Shown here: one piece after another, positions 1-10,853 of the stretch
Numbering within the stretch: position 1 is the first letter of the stretch
Layout: every line of letters starts with the position of its first letter
Source: an uncultured Acidobacteriota bacterium
GTDB lineage: Bacteria; Acidobacteriota; UBA6911
NCBI GenBank assembly: GCA_963827655.1
Contig: CAWHCF010000038.1
Span: forward strand, 32,001 to 96,000
DNA: 64,000 nt
Reading direction: 5' to 3'
Position numbers and translations under genes: made by a program
Notes under the pieces: model-generated
What the model was told of the DNA's origin: nothing
What the model saw: only the letters and a program-made list of their open reading frames with translations
Databases searched by the model: none

Positions 1-296
1 AAAAGAACGATAGGTGTTTGTGCTCGTGCCGCTCTTGGTGCTCGAGAGAGCGCGCTTCACCCGTAGAGGCGTGCGGGCGGGCCTCACGATGTGAGTCAAA
101 GCTGCCAGGAAATCGGGGTCTCGGGAGCGTAGGTGCAGAAGTAGCCTGTCTTGATGGAGTGGCTCAAGTGCTTGCCCAGAGCAGGGTGGGCGGCCCGGAT
201 CTTCTTGATGGCGCTCCGAATGCGCCACGTCACCGCGGAGCGGGCCGACGTGAAACGCGCGGGTCTAGCCAACTTACCGTATTATGAAACCGCGTA

Positions 297-1355
297 CTAA
301 GGTGCCCCGGTGATTCCGGGTTCCTTCAGGCGCACCGGTTCCCCGGTCTCCAGCGAGCGCTGGGCTTCGAGACACAGCATGACGGCGCGGCGTCCTTCTT
401 CGGGCGTGATGGGCAACGGCGCCCCTTCGCGTACGGCGCGCGCCAGGGAGTCAATCTCCTCGCGCAGCTCAAAAAGCTCACCCGGCGTCTTCGGCACTTC
501 CAGCTTCCTCAGGCCTCCCTGATCGGAGATTTCGAGCGAGTAACTGGGATGCTCCGAACGGTCCAGCTCGGCGTGCCACTCGGCCCGCACCATGGCCTGT
601 GAGCCGATGATCTTGATGCTGAGGTGGTGTTCGACGGCGGCCAGCGTCTGAGAAACCACGGCGTATGCGCGGTTGGGGTAGCTCACGATAGCGACGAAGT
701 TGTCGTTTAGATCCACCCGGTAAGGAACGCCCGGATCCAGGCGATTGCCGTGCGCGTAGATCATGGAGGGTTCGCCGGCGCGACTGAGGAACCAGGCGGC
801 GGCGTCAAAATAGTGCACAGGTTCTTCCAATGTCCAGTTTCCTACGCGCTCCGGATCCAGGCGCCATCCCGAAGATCCGCTCCGGTAAGGCCGCCGCCAG
901 AGATCGATCAGCACATAACGGGGTTCGCCCAACACGCCCGAATCTACCAGATCGCGCATCCGGACGTACATTGCGGAAAAACGCATCTCGTGCCCGATCA
1001 GCAGCAAGCGTTCGGATCTCCGGGCCGCCTCCATGATGCGATTGCAGGACGCCACGCTGGTCGACATCGGTTTTTCCAGCAGAACGTGCCTGCCGCCGGC
1101 CAGGGCGGCGCATGCGATCTCTTCGTGCAGGTAATTTGGAACGACGATGTCGACTATGTCGAGGTCAGATCTCGCCAGTAGTTCGTGAAAATCCGTGTAA
1201 GCAGCCGCGCCGGTTTCCGAAACCGCCAGTGCGCATGATGCTTCAGTCCGGGCGCACACCGCCCGCAGTTCGCACCCTGGAGTTTGTTGGATGGCGCGGG
1301 CGTGATGTTTTCCCCAGGCTCCGTAACCAACCAGTCCCCAACGAAGGTCTGTCAT
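297..1355 (-). CDS. Gfo/Idh/MocA family oxidoreductase
   Basis: N-terminal GxGxxG Rossmann motif (GYGAWG), HVLLEKP motif. Confidence 0.9.
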   Translation of the reverse strand: MTDLRWGLVGYGAWGKHHARAIQQTPGCELRAVCARTEASCALAVSETGAAAYTDFHELLARSDLDIVDIVVPNYLHEEIACAALAGGRHVLLEKPMSTSVASCNRIMEAARRSERLLLIGHEMRFSAMYVRMRDLVDSGVLGEPRYVLIDLWRRPYRSGSSGWRLDPERVGNWTLEEPVHYFDAAAWFLSRAGEPSMIYAHGNRLDPGVPYRVDLNDNFVAIVSYPNRAYAVVSQTLAAVEHHLSIKIIGSQAMVRAEWHAELDRSEHPSYSLEISDQGGLRKLEVPKTPGELFELREEIDSLARAVREGAPLPITPEEGRRAVMLCLEAQRSLETGEPVRLKEPGITGAP

Positions 1356-1379
1356 CTTCTTGGAGTGCGCAAGCTTGCT

Positions 1380-1674
1380 CTGAACCTTACACGCATCTTT
1401 GCATTGGTCCAGAACGAACGGTTACGCCAGCTCGCGCCCTGAAAGGGCGAAAGAAATTAGCCGGGGGCAAGCGGAGCGCTGCCCCCGGTCACACACAACC
1501 GAAGAGACGCGCCCGGAGGGGCGCTGGACGCAGCCCGTCAAAGCTCCTGCGCCCCTTCAGGGCGCATAGACTACAAACCGCAAACCCCGGGCTGCGCTTC
1601 GCTTGCCCGGCTAATTTCCGTCGCCCCATCCGGGGCGAAATCGCCGAGAGTGATGAGATACGCGTAAGGTTCAG
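1380..1674. mobile_element. MITE-like element with 19-bp TIRs and 8-bp target duplication, containing a REP-like multi-hairpin
   Basis: CTGAACCTTACACGCATCT ... AGATACGCGTAAGGTTCAG; AGCTTGCT duplicated at 1372-1379 and 1675-1682. Confidence 0.75.
1435..1637. repeat. REP-like composite palindrome
   Basis: Short hairpins gccctgaaagggc, gcccggaggggc, gccccttcagggc, gccccatccggggc, with inverted symmetry (aaattagccggg / cccggctaattt). Confidence 0.7.
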
Positions 1675-1766
1675 AGCTTGCTTGCGCCTTGTCTTGCGTC
1701 AGCTTGGTGCCGCGCCCACGGAATCGCCAAACTCCAGCGATAGGCGCTCCAAAAGCGCGCACTGGC

Positions 1767-2753
1767 TCAGCTCCCGCTGCGCTGTGTCCGGCTGGCTTCA
1801 TCCACTGAACCGAAGGCGGAACGCAACGCGAGCGCGGCTTCTTCGCGGGCGGCGCGCGTTTGATCTACCACGGCGCCCATGATGAAGAAGCCATGGATCA
1901 TGCTTTCGTAACAAGACAGCTTGACTGCCACTCCCGCCGAGCGCAAGCGGTTGGCGTAGTCTTCGCCCTCGTCCCGCAGCGGATCATAACCGGTCGTGAC
2001 GATGAGCGCGGGCGGGAGGGCGCCTAGATCGGGAGCCTGAAGCGGCGAAGCATAAGGATTCCGTCCGCTGGCTTCGTCCGGCAGGTACTGGTTCCAGAAA
2101 TAGACCATCTTCTCGTGGGTCAGGTAATAGCCGTCGGCGTTTTCCCGGTACGAGGGAGTATCGAAACTGTAATTCGTGACCGGGTAAACCAGGAGCTGAT
2201 GGCAAAGCCGGGGCCCGTTGCGGTCGCGCGCCATCAGGCATACGACAGTGGCCAGATTGCCTCCGGCGCTGTCGCCGCCGACGGCAATTCGCGCAGGGTC
2301 AAGATCGAGGGACGCGCCCCTCTCGGCGACCCAGCATGTAGCAGCGTAGGCGTCTTCGGCTGCGGCAGGAAACTTGTGTTCCGGCGCCAGCCGGTAATCG
2401 ACCGACACGACGGCGCAGCGCGCGCTAACGGCTAACGCGCGGCAGCAGGTGTCGTGCGTGTCCAGGTTGCCGACCACCCATCCTCCCCCGTGAAAGTAGA
2501 CGAGCACAGGGAACGGACCTTTTCCTCCCGGGAGGTACATGCGCGCCGGGATACTTCCTGCCGGCCCTGGAATCTTGAATTCGTCGACTCTCGCGACCGC
2601 TTCGGGAGGGCTGTCGAGGGTCAAGAGAATCTCGTTCAACATGCGGCGAACCGATTCGGAGGGTATCTCGGCCAGCTTCGGCTGAGGACCCGCGGCCGCT
2701 GCCTGCGCCGCCAGCTGCTCCAGAAATCTCTGTGCCTTTGGATCTAGCGCCAT
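1767..2753 (-). CDS. Alpha/beta hydrolase, HSL-family esterase/lipase
   Basis: HGGG, GDSAGG, DPLRD and HGF motifs. Confidence 0.92.
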   Translation of the reverse strand: MALDPKAQRFLEQLAAQAAAAGPQPKLAEIPSESVRRMLNEILLTLDSPPEAVARVDEFKIPGPAGSIPARMYLPGGKGPFPVLVYFHGGGWVVGNLDTHDTCCRALAVSARCAVVSVDYRLAPEHKFPAAAEDAYAATCWVAERGASLDLDPARIAVGGDSAGGNLATVVCLMARDRNGPRLCHQLLVYPVTNYSFDTPSYRENADGYYLTHEKMVYFWNQYLPDEASGRNPYASPLQAPDLGALPPALIVTTGYDPLRDEGEDYANRLRSAGVAVKLSCYESMIHGFFIMGAVVDQTRAAREEAALALRSAFGSVDEASRTQRSGS

Positions 2754-2776
2754 GATTCACCTCCGCAATAAAAGTT

Positions 2777-2797
2777 GGGTCTTCGTGTCTTGGTGGT
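2777..2797 (-). repeat. Octamer-unit repeat, short copy
   Basis: gggtcttcgtgtcttggtggt. Confidence 0.7.
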
Positions 2798-2818
2798 GCG
2801 CTTTTTTGGCGCGCACTG

Positions 2819-4041
2819 CTAGGCTCGCTGAAAGTAGGCCTGCCGCGGCGCGCGGTAGGCAATCGTAAGCTCCGGCGTCTCGAGGCGGCGGCGGCGGTCA
2901 CGCGATTCGAACAGGAACGCAAGCGCCCCCGTAGTCAAAACCGTGCGCTCGACTGGATAGACGGCCCGCCCCGTGACGAACATCTCTTCGATGCAATGAA
3001 CCAGCCCGTCGAAGTGCGGCAAGTCGCGTCCTGAGGGGAGGGCGAAGAGGCAAGAGACCGGCTCGGCGCGGTCGTTAAGCTTTGCCGCAAACAAGAAATC
3101 ACTGGTGTGCCCATCCAGCATGAAGCTCGCGGCGCGAAATCCGTCACGGTATTCAAGCAAGAAGAGAGCAGGCTTGCGGGCATTCTGCTCGGGGGGGCCC
3201 GCTTTCTTCCGGGTGCTGCGCGCGAGCGCGGATTCAAGCAGGGGCTTGCTCCACTGTCCATCGGGACTGTCGCGCCAGTTCCAGACCTCCTCCCCTTCGC
3301 GAGCCTCAACTGCGGCCAGGCCTCTCTCTCCTCCGGCGCGGCGCTCGACCATGCACTGGAGCGTCTCGAGCGTGTGAAAGCCATAAGCATCGAGGTCGCC
3401 GTAGCCGATCGAAAGCGCGTTCTCGAGCTTGCAGTCAATCGGCAGTTCGAGCTCTGGAGTGCGCACCGTGACCGGAATCGAGGAGCCAGCCATGAACGGG
3501 AAGCCAAGCTCGCGCGCCTGATGGTACATCTCCCTGGCCTTCGTCCAGGAGTACGACAGGTGCTTATCCGAAAACAGGGGCACTGAGCGGCCGCTCTTCT
3601 GGAAAATCTCAACGATCTGCTGAAAAAGCTCATAACGAGGATAAAGCTTCTGTCCCATCTCGTTGGTCGGATATTTGCCGTGCTCCCCGACCAACAGGAC
3701 GGCGTCCACGGCCAGCTTTTCGCCCCCAAGCGTGAGCGCTTCCGCAATGGTCGGGTAAATCTTGAAATCGTGTTTGGCCGCAAGATCTCGACTCATGTCC
3801 TTTTCAGCGATCTGGTCGGTATACATCGAGACGATTCGAGTTCGGGGCTGGACACGAACGTTGTCGGGCGTGTAGCCCTCGAGGATGCGGCCGCAAATGA
3901 CGTCGGCATGGGAGCGATAGCGGTACTCGGTTACAATGGCCGCGACCGTTTTCTTTTCGCCGGTAGACTCGCCAGGCTGAGTCCACCGAGAGAAGCGATC
4001 AGAAATTCTCGCCGGTTCAAGGAGGGTATCGTGTTTAGCAT
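2819..4041 (-). CDS. Conserved hypothetical protein with Tat-like signal, frameshift near 3965
   Basis: ATG at 4041 gives MLNTIPSLNRREFL; KKTVAAIVTEYRYRSHADVICGRILEGY lies in another frame and runs into ORF 2819..3826. Confidence 0.7.
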
Positions 4042-4042
4042 A

Positions 4043-5293
4043 GTGGCTCAGTTTACGTTAATACAGCGCTGTTTCCAGGCGAAAGTAATTTTTGCGTTGC
4101 TTATCCTTTCGACTGCTTTGGCTTCTGCTCAGCCACAGCTTTCGGAGCGGGGGCGCAAGCTGCACCAGGATGCCCTTGTCTTCGACGCGCACATCCACAT
4201 GATTAACCGGCAGTTTCATTCGGGCGGCGACATCGGCGACCGGCTTCCTGACGGTCAGGTAGACCTTCCCAGGCTGCGCGAGGGGGGCGTTGACGCGCTG
4301 CTCTTTTCCCTGTTTGTAAGCGAGGAGTATTATCCGCCGCGTTACGAAACCAGGCACGCGCTGCGGCTGATCGATCTCGCGCTGGAGCAGCTCCAGAAGA
4401 ATGCCAGCACGATCGAGCTCGCCCGGACTGCTTCGGAGATCGAGCGCATCAATAAACAGGGCAAGATCGCGGCGGTTCTTGACCTCGAAGGTGGATTTGA
4501 CCTGGACGGCGATCTTGGCGTTCTGCGGAGTCTTTACCGGTTGGGGCTGAGAGCTGCGCAGCTTCCGGCGCACAACTGGGCCAACAACTTCGCCGATTCG
4601 TGCTGCGCCACGGCGAAGTGGCACGGGCTGAACGAGCGCGGCCGCGCCGTCATCCGGGAAATGAACCGGCTCGGGATGTTGATCAACGTCTCGCACGCTT
4701 CAGACGAAACCCTCGCGCAGGCGATCGAAATCAGCTCGGATCCCCTGGTCGCAACGCACCACGGCTTGCGCAGCTTCAACAATATTCCTCGCACCATGCC
4801 TGATGCTCTGCTCAAGAAGATGGCGGCCAGGGGCGGGGTGATCGGGTTCCATATCGGAAATGAGTTTCACAACGTGAAGATGTTCGAGTGGCGGTCGAAG
4901 CAGGCGGGCAAACCCTTCTGGGATACCAGCGCCATCGGCAAGAAAGAGGCGAGCCTGTCGATTGAGGCGATCGATCGGCTGGTCGCCCCGAAGTTTCCGA
5001 TGGTGGGGCTCAACCCGCCGCAAGAGCTGCTCATGACCGTCGACGACTGGGTCAAGGTGGTCGACCGCGCCATCGAGGTCGCGGGAGAAGATCATGTCGC
5101 TCTCGGCAGCGACTTCGACGGAGGGCCCACGCCGCCGCGCGGAGTACGCGACGTTCGTGATCTGGCCTTGATCACCGACGCGATGCTGCGCCGCGGCTAC
5201 TCCGAGACGCGAATCCGGAAATTCCTGGGAGGGAACCTGCTCCGAGTCTTCCGGCAGGTTACGGAAAAGACAAAGCCCAGAGATACGAAATAA
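4043..5293 (+). CDS. Membrane dipeptidase (peptidase M19)
   Basis: DAHIH, LEG, NVSH, GSDFDG, GGNLLRV motifs; signal peptide; start uncertain. Confidence 0.88.
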   Translation: MAQFTLIQRCFQAKVIFALLILSTALASAQPQLSERGRKLHQDALVFDAHIHMINRQFHSGGDIGDRLPDGQVDLPRLREGGVDALLFSLFVSEEYYPPRYETRHALRLIDLALEQLQKNASTIELARTASEIERINKQGKIAAVLDLEGGFDLDGDLGVLRSLYRLGLRAAQLPAHNWANNFADSCCATAKWHGLNERGRAVIREMNRLGMLINVSHASDETLAQAIEISSDPLVATHHGLRSFNNIPRTMPDALLKKMAARGGVIGFHIGNEFHNVKMFEWRSKQAGKPFWDTSAIGKKEASLSIEAIDRLVAPKFPMVGLNPPQELLMTVDDWVKVVDRAIEVAGEDHVALGSDFDGGPTPPRGVRDVRDLALITDAMLRRGYSETRIRKFLGGNLLRVFRQVTEKTKPRDTK

Positions 5294-5330
5294 ATACCAC
5301 CAGGACACCAAGACACGAAGAAACACCAGG
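5292..5330 (+). repeat. Octamer-unit repeat
   Basis: aaataccaccaggacaccaagacacgaagaaacaccagg between convergent genes. Confidence 0.85.
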
Positions 5331-5335
5331 AATTC

Positions 5336-6757
5336 TTATTTCGTCTGGAGCAGCTTCCTCAATTCCGTCACGGTGCCGGTATACTTGGGGTCTTGCGCCA
5401 GATTCTTGTATTCACCGGGATCGCGACGGTGATCGTAAAGTTCGGCGCCTTGCTTTCCTTCATCCCATTCGCTGTAACGCCAGCGCTCGGTGCGTACGGA
5501 ATAACCGGCGACTGGGCCGCGCTGCACCTGAGTAAAGGCGGCGTTTTTCCAGGGGCGTCTGGGGTCATCGAGCAGCGGGCCGAAGCTGCGCCCTTGCAGA
5601 TTGGCCGGGGCAGGCAAGTCGCACAACTCGGCCAGCGTCGGATAGATATCCAGGAACTCCACCAGCCGCGAACTGCTTTTCCCTTTGGCTGTCATTTTCG
5701 GCGTGACCACGATGAGAGGAGCGCGGGCCGACAGCTCGAAGATCGTGTTTTTGTTCCACCAGCCGCGCTCGCCGAGATGGTAGCCGTGATCGCCGAAGAA
5801 GACGATGATCGTGTTGTCGGCCAGCTTGAGCCGGTCGAGCGCGTCGAGCACCTTGCCGATCTGGGCATCGGTGAACGAGATGCCCGCGTAGTAAGCGCGC
5901 ATGAACTCGCGGCGCTCGCGGTCGGTGAAGCGCGCGAATTCTTCACGCGGACCGGCTGGGATCGCGTGCGGCACGTCCGGCGTGCGCCCGGCAGGGTCGC
6001 GCGGCAGCTTGAGTTCGTCGAGCGGGTAGAGATCGAAGTAGCGCTTGGGCGCAATGAAGGGGTCGTGCGGCTTGTGAAAGCCGAGCGCGAGAAAGAAGCG
6101 CCGCTCGCGCTGCTGCTCCAGCAGGCGAATGGCCTCGCGCGCGATCTGGCCGTCGGGCTGATCTTCGTCGTCGCCTTCCGCCGCCAGCCAGTGGCACCAG
6201 GCCAGACGGCCCCCGGTCAGGTTGCGCCCTTCGCCCAGTTGGCCTTGCCCGGTTGTCTGAAAATAGCGCGCCTCGTCCCAGGACTTCTTGTCATCCATCT
6301 CGGCCCGCAAGTCCTCCATGGTCAACCCCCGATGGAAGATTTTGCCCAGGCTCGCCGTGTAGTAGGCTTGCTGCCGGAACAGCTGCGGCAGGGTCACCAC
6401 GTCGGGCAGCTTCGCGCGGAAGTTGGTGCTGTTGCTGAGCACACCCGTGGCGTCGGGCCGCAGCCCGGTGAGCAATGAGGTGCGGCTCGGATTGCAGACC
6501 GGGTACTGGCAGTAGGCGCGATCAAAGCGCATCCCGCGCTTCGCCAGCCGGTCAATGTTCGGAGTCTTTACCAGCGGATGCCCATAAGAGCCCAGATCGT
6601 TGCGCAAATCGTCCACCGCGATGAACAGGACGTTCGGATGGCGCGGATCCCCGCCATCCGGATGCAGATTGCGGGCAGCGGGAAGTGATGCGTTCATCAG
6701 GCCGTAGAAAAGCGCGCAGAAAAAAATGAGTCGTGAAGTTTTTCCATGTCCGCTCAT
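5336..6757 (-). CDS. Sulfatase (iduronate/choline sulfatase-like)
   Basis: [14 protein letters not shown] formylglycine motif, [13 protein letters not shown]; start approximate. Confidence 0.92.
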   Translation of the reverse strand: MSGHGKTSRLIFFCALFYGLMNASLPAARNLHPDGGDPRHPNVLFIAVDDLRNDLGSYGHPLVKTPNIDRLAKRGMRFDRAYCQYPVCNPSRTSLLTGLRPDATGVLSNSTNFRAKLPDVVTLPQLFRQQAYYTASLGKIFHRGLTMEDLRAEMDDKKSWDEARYFQTTGQGQLGEGRNLTGGRLAWCHWLAAEGDDEDQPDGQIAREAIRLLEQQRERRFFLALGFHKPHDPFIAPKRYFDLYPLDELKLPRDPAGRTPDVPHAIPAGPREEFARFTDRERREFMRAYYAGISFTDAQIGKVLDALDRLKLADNTIIVFFGDHGYHLGERGWWNKNTIFELSARAPLIVVTPKMTAKGKSSSRLVEFLDIYPTLAELCDLPAPANLQGRSFGPLLDDPRRPWKNAAFTQVQRGPVAGYSVRTERWRYSEWDEGKQGAELYDHRRDPGEYKNLAQDPKYTGTVTELRKLLQTK

Positions 6758-6777
6758 AGTCAAATTTGAGAACATTA

Positions 6778-6880
6778 AACCACGAAGAGGCCAAGTACAG
6801 GGCAAGGATTCTTTGATGTTCTTTGTGTCTTTGTGCCCTGGTGGTATTTGTTGTCAGCGCTAACCACGGAGTCAACGAAG
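6778..6880. repeat. Octamer-unit repeat, inverted arms with spacer
   Basis: ctttgtgtctttgtgccctggtggt-atttgttgtcagcgcta-accacgg, plus a degenerate arm at 6778. Confidence 0.8.
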
Positions 6881-6891
6881 GAGTGATCCGA

Positions 6892-8482
6892 ATGCGTGAC
6901 AGAAAAGCAACACGGCATGCATGGATGGGAGTGCAGCTGTGCGTGTGCCTCGCGGCGATTGGCATCAGCGAAGGCTCTTGGCTGCAAAACCCCGACCCAC
7001 TGGCGGCCGAGGTCGTCATTCGAGCAGATCAGCCTGGCAAGACGATCAATCCCAACATCTACGGGCACTTTGCCGAGCATCTCGGACGGTGCATCTACGA
7101 AGGCATCTGGGTCGGCGAAGATTCGGCTATCCCCAACACGCGCGGGATCCGCAACGACGTCGTCGCGGCGCTCAAACAGATCAAGGTTCCCGTTCTGCGC
7201 TGGCCGGGCGGATGTTTCGCGGATGAGTATCACTGGAAGGACGGCATCGGCCCGCGCGAAAAACGCCCGCGCATGATCAACACCCACTGGGGCGGCGTCG
7301 TCGAGAACAACCACTTCGGCACACACGAGTTCATGGACCTGTGCGAGCAGATCGGCGCCGAGCCATACGTCTGCGGTAACGTCGGCTCCGGAACGGTGCA
7401 GGAGATGATGGAGTGGGTCGAGTACATGACCAGCGATGCCGACTCACCGATGGCCAACCTCCGCCGGCAGAACGGCCGCGAGAAGCCGTGGAAGGTGAAA
7501 TACTTTGGCGTGGGAAATGAGAGCTGGGGCTGTGGCGGAAACATGCGGCCCGAGTTCTACGCCGATAATTTCCGCCGGTACAACACGTTCGTGAAGAATT
7601 ATTCCGGCAACCGCATCGAGCGCATTGCCTGCGGCTCCAACGGCCAGGATTTCAACTGGACTGATGTCCTGATGCGCATGGGTGGACGAAACATGAACGG
7701 TTTGTCGCTTCATTGGTACACGCTGCCGACCAGCAATTGGCGAAAGAAAGGCTCGGCCACCGAGTTTGGCGAGGATCAGTGGCATTCGACCTTCGTGCAG
7801 ACGCTGCGCATGGAGGAGTTGATTACGAAGCACTCCGCCATCATGGACAAATACGATCCCGAAAAACGGGTCGGCATGATCGTCGATGAGTGGGGAGCGT
7901 GGTATGACGTCGAACCCGGCACCAATCCCGGCTTCCTCTACCAGCAGAACTCGCTGCGTGATGCGCTGGTCGCCGCGATCAATCTCAACATCTTCAACCA
8001 GCACTGCGATCGCGTGACGATGGCCAACATCGCACAGACGATCAATGTGCTCCAGGCGATGATCCTCACCGACAAGGCGAAGATGCTACTCACGCCGACG
8101 TATCACGTGTTCGAGATGTACAAGGCGCACCACGGCGCGACACTGATTCCACTGGAAGTGAAGACGCCTGAGTACAAGCTCGGAGAAGCCGCGGTGACGA
8201 TGCTGCACGCGTCGGCATCGCGCGATGCATCGGGGCGCATCCATCTGTCGATCGTGAATCTCGATCCGAATCGCATCGCAAGGATTGCCACGAAGGTCAC
8301 CGGAGCGCCCGCAGGGAAGGTGAAGCGGCCGCGTCCTGACGGCTCCGGCTATTAACGCGCATAACACCTTTGACAACACTGGCGCCGTCAAGCCGGCCGC
8401 GTTCGACGCTTTCGCCATTGCGGGAGACTTGATTTCACTTACCCTTCCGCCCAAATCGGTGGTCGTGCTCGGGATTCAATGA
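6892..8482 (+). CDS. abfA: Alpha-L-arabinofuranosidase GH51, frameshift near 8325
   Basis: [28 protein letters not shown] and DEWG motifs; C-terminus [12 protein letters not shown]...LPPKSVVVL continues in another frame to TGA 8482. Confidence 0.9.
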
Positions 8483-8531
8483 GAGGGGAAAATAATTGAC
8501 GTTAATCAGTCTCATAGTGTAACTGAGCACG

Positions 8532-9270
8532 ATGCTTCGGGTTCTGGGTGGAGCGCTAGGTTTGGTCGCCTGCATGGCGGCGGTCGCGGCCGAGATCGAC
8601 AAGCCGACGCTCGCATGGACGCAGGCTGTAGTCGATCGGTGGGAGATCGCCTGCCGAAAGTATTTGAACGTGCCGCCCCATCCGCTGCCCTGGATTATCT
8701 TTTTCGATGACCGTTCCGCATGGCATTTGAACCCCGACAAATCTGAGCTCCCCGGCCACACGTATTGAGAGCGGCCGTGAATTTGGCCGAGACACGAGGT
8801 GGTCCAGGTAGAGCACCGCGAAGGCCGCCTCTGGGTTCCGGGTCGTGATGCGCTGCCATAAAGGCGGGCGGCGCACCATGCCGTATTCCGACGACCGCAG
8901 AGTATTTTTCGAGCTGGCGCTGCCGTCGTTATGGCAGAAGGACGGTGGCGCCTCGCGCGAGTGGACGATGATATCGGCTCGCCTCCATGAATTGACGCCA
9001 CGCGGCAGATGGTCGACGTGTCGAGGTGAATTACGCGAATGGCGGGCGGATCACGCGCAGCCGAGCCGAGCAGTTCGGCGGCAGACAGCAGGTGATGTTC
9101 TTGTTTACCAGATGCGGGACGCATCACGAGGTCTGGCAGCAATGGCGTCGAAGGGCGTGGTCTCTGTTCGGCGCTTTTGATCGACCGGCTGGTGCCGGAG
9201 CTGGCAGGCACGTTTCCTCGCGCCGGCTTTTCCGTCACCGTTTGCAGTACTGCACGAGGTGGTGAGTGCG
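8532..9270 (+). pseudogene. Fragmented hypothetical secreted protein
   Basis: Signal peptide ORF 8532..8768, then protein-like pieces in shifting frames (FFELALPSLW, LHELT, DRLVP); end approximate. Confidence 0.45.
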
Positions 9271-9290
9271 GCTCGGTGACCCTGCCCCGG

Positions 9291-9577
9291 CTATCTTGCG
9301 TCACGCTCCTCCCGAATCAAGGCGCCCAGGTCATAGTGGACTGCTCGCGTTTTGGGCAACCGATAAAACCGTGCCGGGGTACCCTTGGACATTTCACCCA
9401 GCTTCAGCGTCCGGTCTCCAGTAGTCGCGTCAGTTCAACATCAGGGTCGCTATCGGGCGGGCTCAATTTCGCGACCACCTGGTTGCGCCGCTTGATCACC
9501 ATGGAATCGCCATCTGCCACGGCGTTCAAACAGGCACTGAGATTGCGCCGAAACTTCGCGACTGTAATCACCTTCAT
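9291..9577 (-). pseudogene. Phd/YefM-family antitoxin, frameshifted, no adjacent toxin
   Basis: MKVITVAKFRRNLSACLNAVADGDSMVIKRRNQVVAKLSP; RBS GGGAGGAG; typical tail LIREERDAR* in another frame ending 9291. Confidence 0.7.
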
Positions 9578-9595
9578 GTGCTCCTCCCAGCGAGT

Positions 9596-9610
9596 TGTAC
9601 ATAGTGTACA
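9596..9610 (-). promoter_or_regulatory. Putative antitoxin operator overlapping a -10 box
   Basis: TGTACA-TAG-TGTACA just upstream of the antitoxin; TACACT on the minus strand. Confidence 0.55.
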
Positions 9611-9767
9611 TTGAGGCAGCGGCCAGACAATGGAGATCGTGACGGAACCGCTCATCAAAGGGGTGAAGGTGAAAGACCTCGTTCGAAGTGCTTGGGCGCG
9701 CCTTTCCGCTTCCGCAGCGGATGATTTCAATGCCCCCATGACTGAGTCTTTAAATCTGGAGGGAATA

Positions 9768-10757
9768 ATGCGTCCGAGAACCGCCGGTTACCTGGTGTTG
9801 ATCGGCATTGCCGTCATCGTCGAGACCCGTCTTTGGGCTGGACCTGAGGCGGCACCTGGCAATGCTTACGAGGAGGTGAAGGACTGGCCGAGACTTCCTG
9901 CAAGCGTTCAGCTTGGAGAAGTGCCGGGCGTGGCGATCGATACCCATGGTCACGTGTTTGTGTTTCATCGACCCGGACGAGGGTTCGAACCGCAAGCGAC
10001 AGAGTTGCTCTCGGAGCCCACGATTCTCGAGATTGACGCCGCTACCGGCAAGCTGCTCAATTCCTGGGGCGCGAACATGTTTCTTGTGCCGCATGGAATC
10101 ACGATCGACAGCAGCAACAATGTCTGGGTCACCGACGTGGGTCTCCAGCAGGTGCTCAAGTTCTCACATGACGGACGACTGCTCCTGAAGTTGGGAGAAG
10201 CGCGCGTGGGAGGATCGGACGCGACACACTTCAATCAACCTACGGACATCGCCATTCGCACGGATGGGGAATTCTACATATCGGACGGCTACGTGAACAG
10301 TCGAGTCGCCCTGTTCGATCGAGCGGGCAAATACCTCTCGGAGTGGGGGAAGAAGGGGAATGCAGAATCGCAGTTCGACAATCCGCACGGACTCGCGCTG
10401 GCGCCTGACGGGGATGTTCTGGTGGCAGACCGGCAGAATTCACGGATTCAGGTATTCGATCGCGCCGGGAAATTCAAGAGCCAATGGTTGGGTGCGAAAG
10501 AAAAGGGAAGAGTCTTCGGCGTTGCCGTCGATGACGCCGGCGCGCTGTATGTCGGCGTGCGCAAGGCCGACTACGATCCCCCGTCTAACGGCATACTCAA
10601 GCTCGATCGCGAATGGCGTACTGTCGCAGCCATCGGATTCGGCGGTCCAGGCGGTCCGGTTTTCAATGCAGTTCATGACATCGCCGTTGCTGAAGACGGA
10701 ACGATCTACGTGGCAGAGACCCGAACAAAGCGAGTCGTGAAGCTACGGCCCCGATAA
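9768..10757 (+). CDS. NHL-repeat protein, peptidyl-alpha-hydroxyglycine amidating lyase-like
   Basis: FLVPHGITID, HFNQPTDIA, DGYVNSR, VADRQNSRIQ; RBS GGAGGG. Confidence 0.85.
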   Translation: MRPRTAGYLVLIGIAVIVETRLWAGPEAAPGNAYEEVKDWPRLPASVQLGEVPGVAIDTHGHVFVFHRPGRGFEPQATELLSEPTILEIDAATGKLLNSWGANMFLVPHGITIDSSNNVWVTDVGLQQVLKFSHDGRLLLKLGEARVGGSDATHFNQPTDIAIRTDGEFYISDGYVNSRVALFDRAGKYLSEWGKKGNAESQFDNPHGLALAPDGDVLVADRQNSRIQVFDRAGKFKSQWLGAKEKGRVFGVAVDDAGALYVGVRKADYDPPSNGILKLDREWRTVAAIGFGGPGGPVFNAVHDIAVAEDGTIYVAETRTKRVVKLRPR

Positions 10758-10853
10758 GCGCGCCTGCGGATAAGCTGAACCCGCGAGTTGTTCAGCTCAA
10801 GGCGTACGGCTCAGCTTCCGGGAGTATCGCGAAGACCTTGGGCCCGGCGCTTA

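Noticed and set aside
1-290. ORF 18..287
   Set aside because: No RBS or motif; the window edge prevents interpretation.
1112-1882. 256-aa ORF and similar ORFs across repeat regions (22202-22586, 33830-34228, 54187-54552)
   Set aside because: Translations of palindromic non-coding elements; no transposase motifs.
9404-9406. TGA read-through (selenocysteine) in the antitoxin
   Set aside because: The protein-like continuation is in a different frame, so a frameshift explains it.
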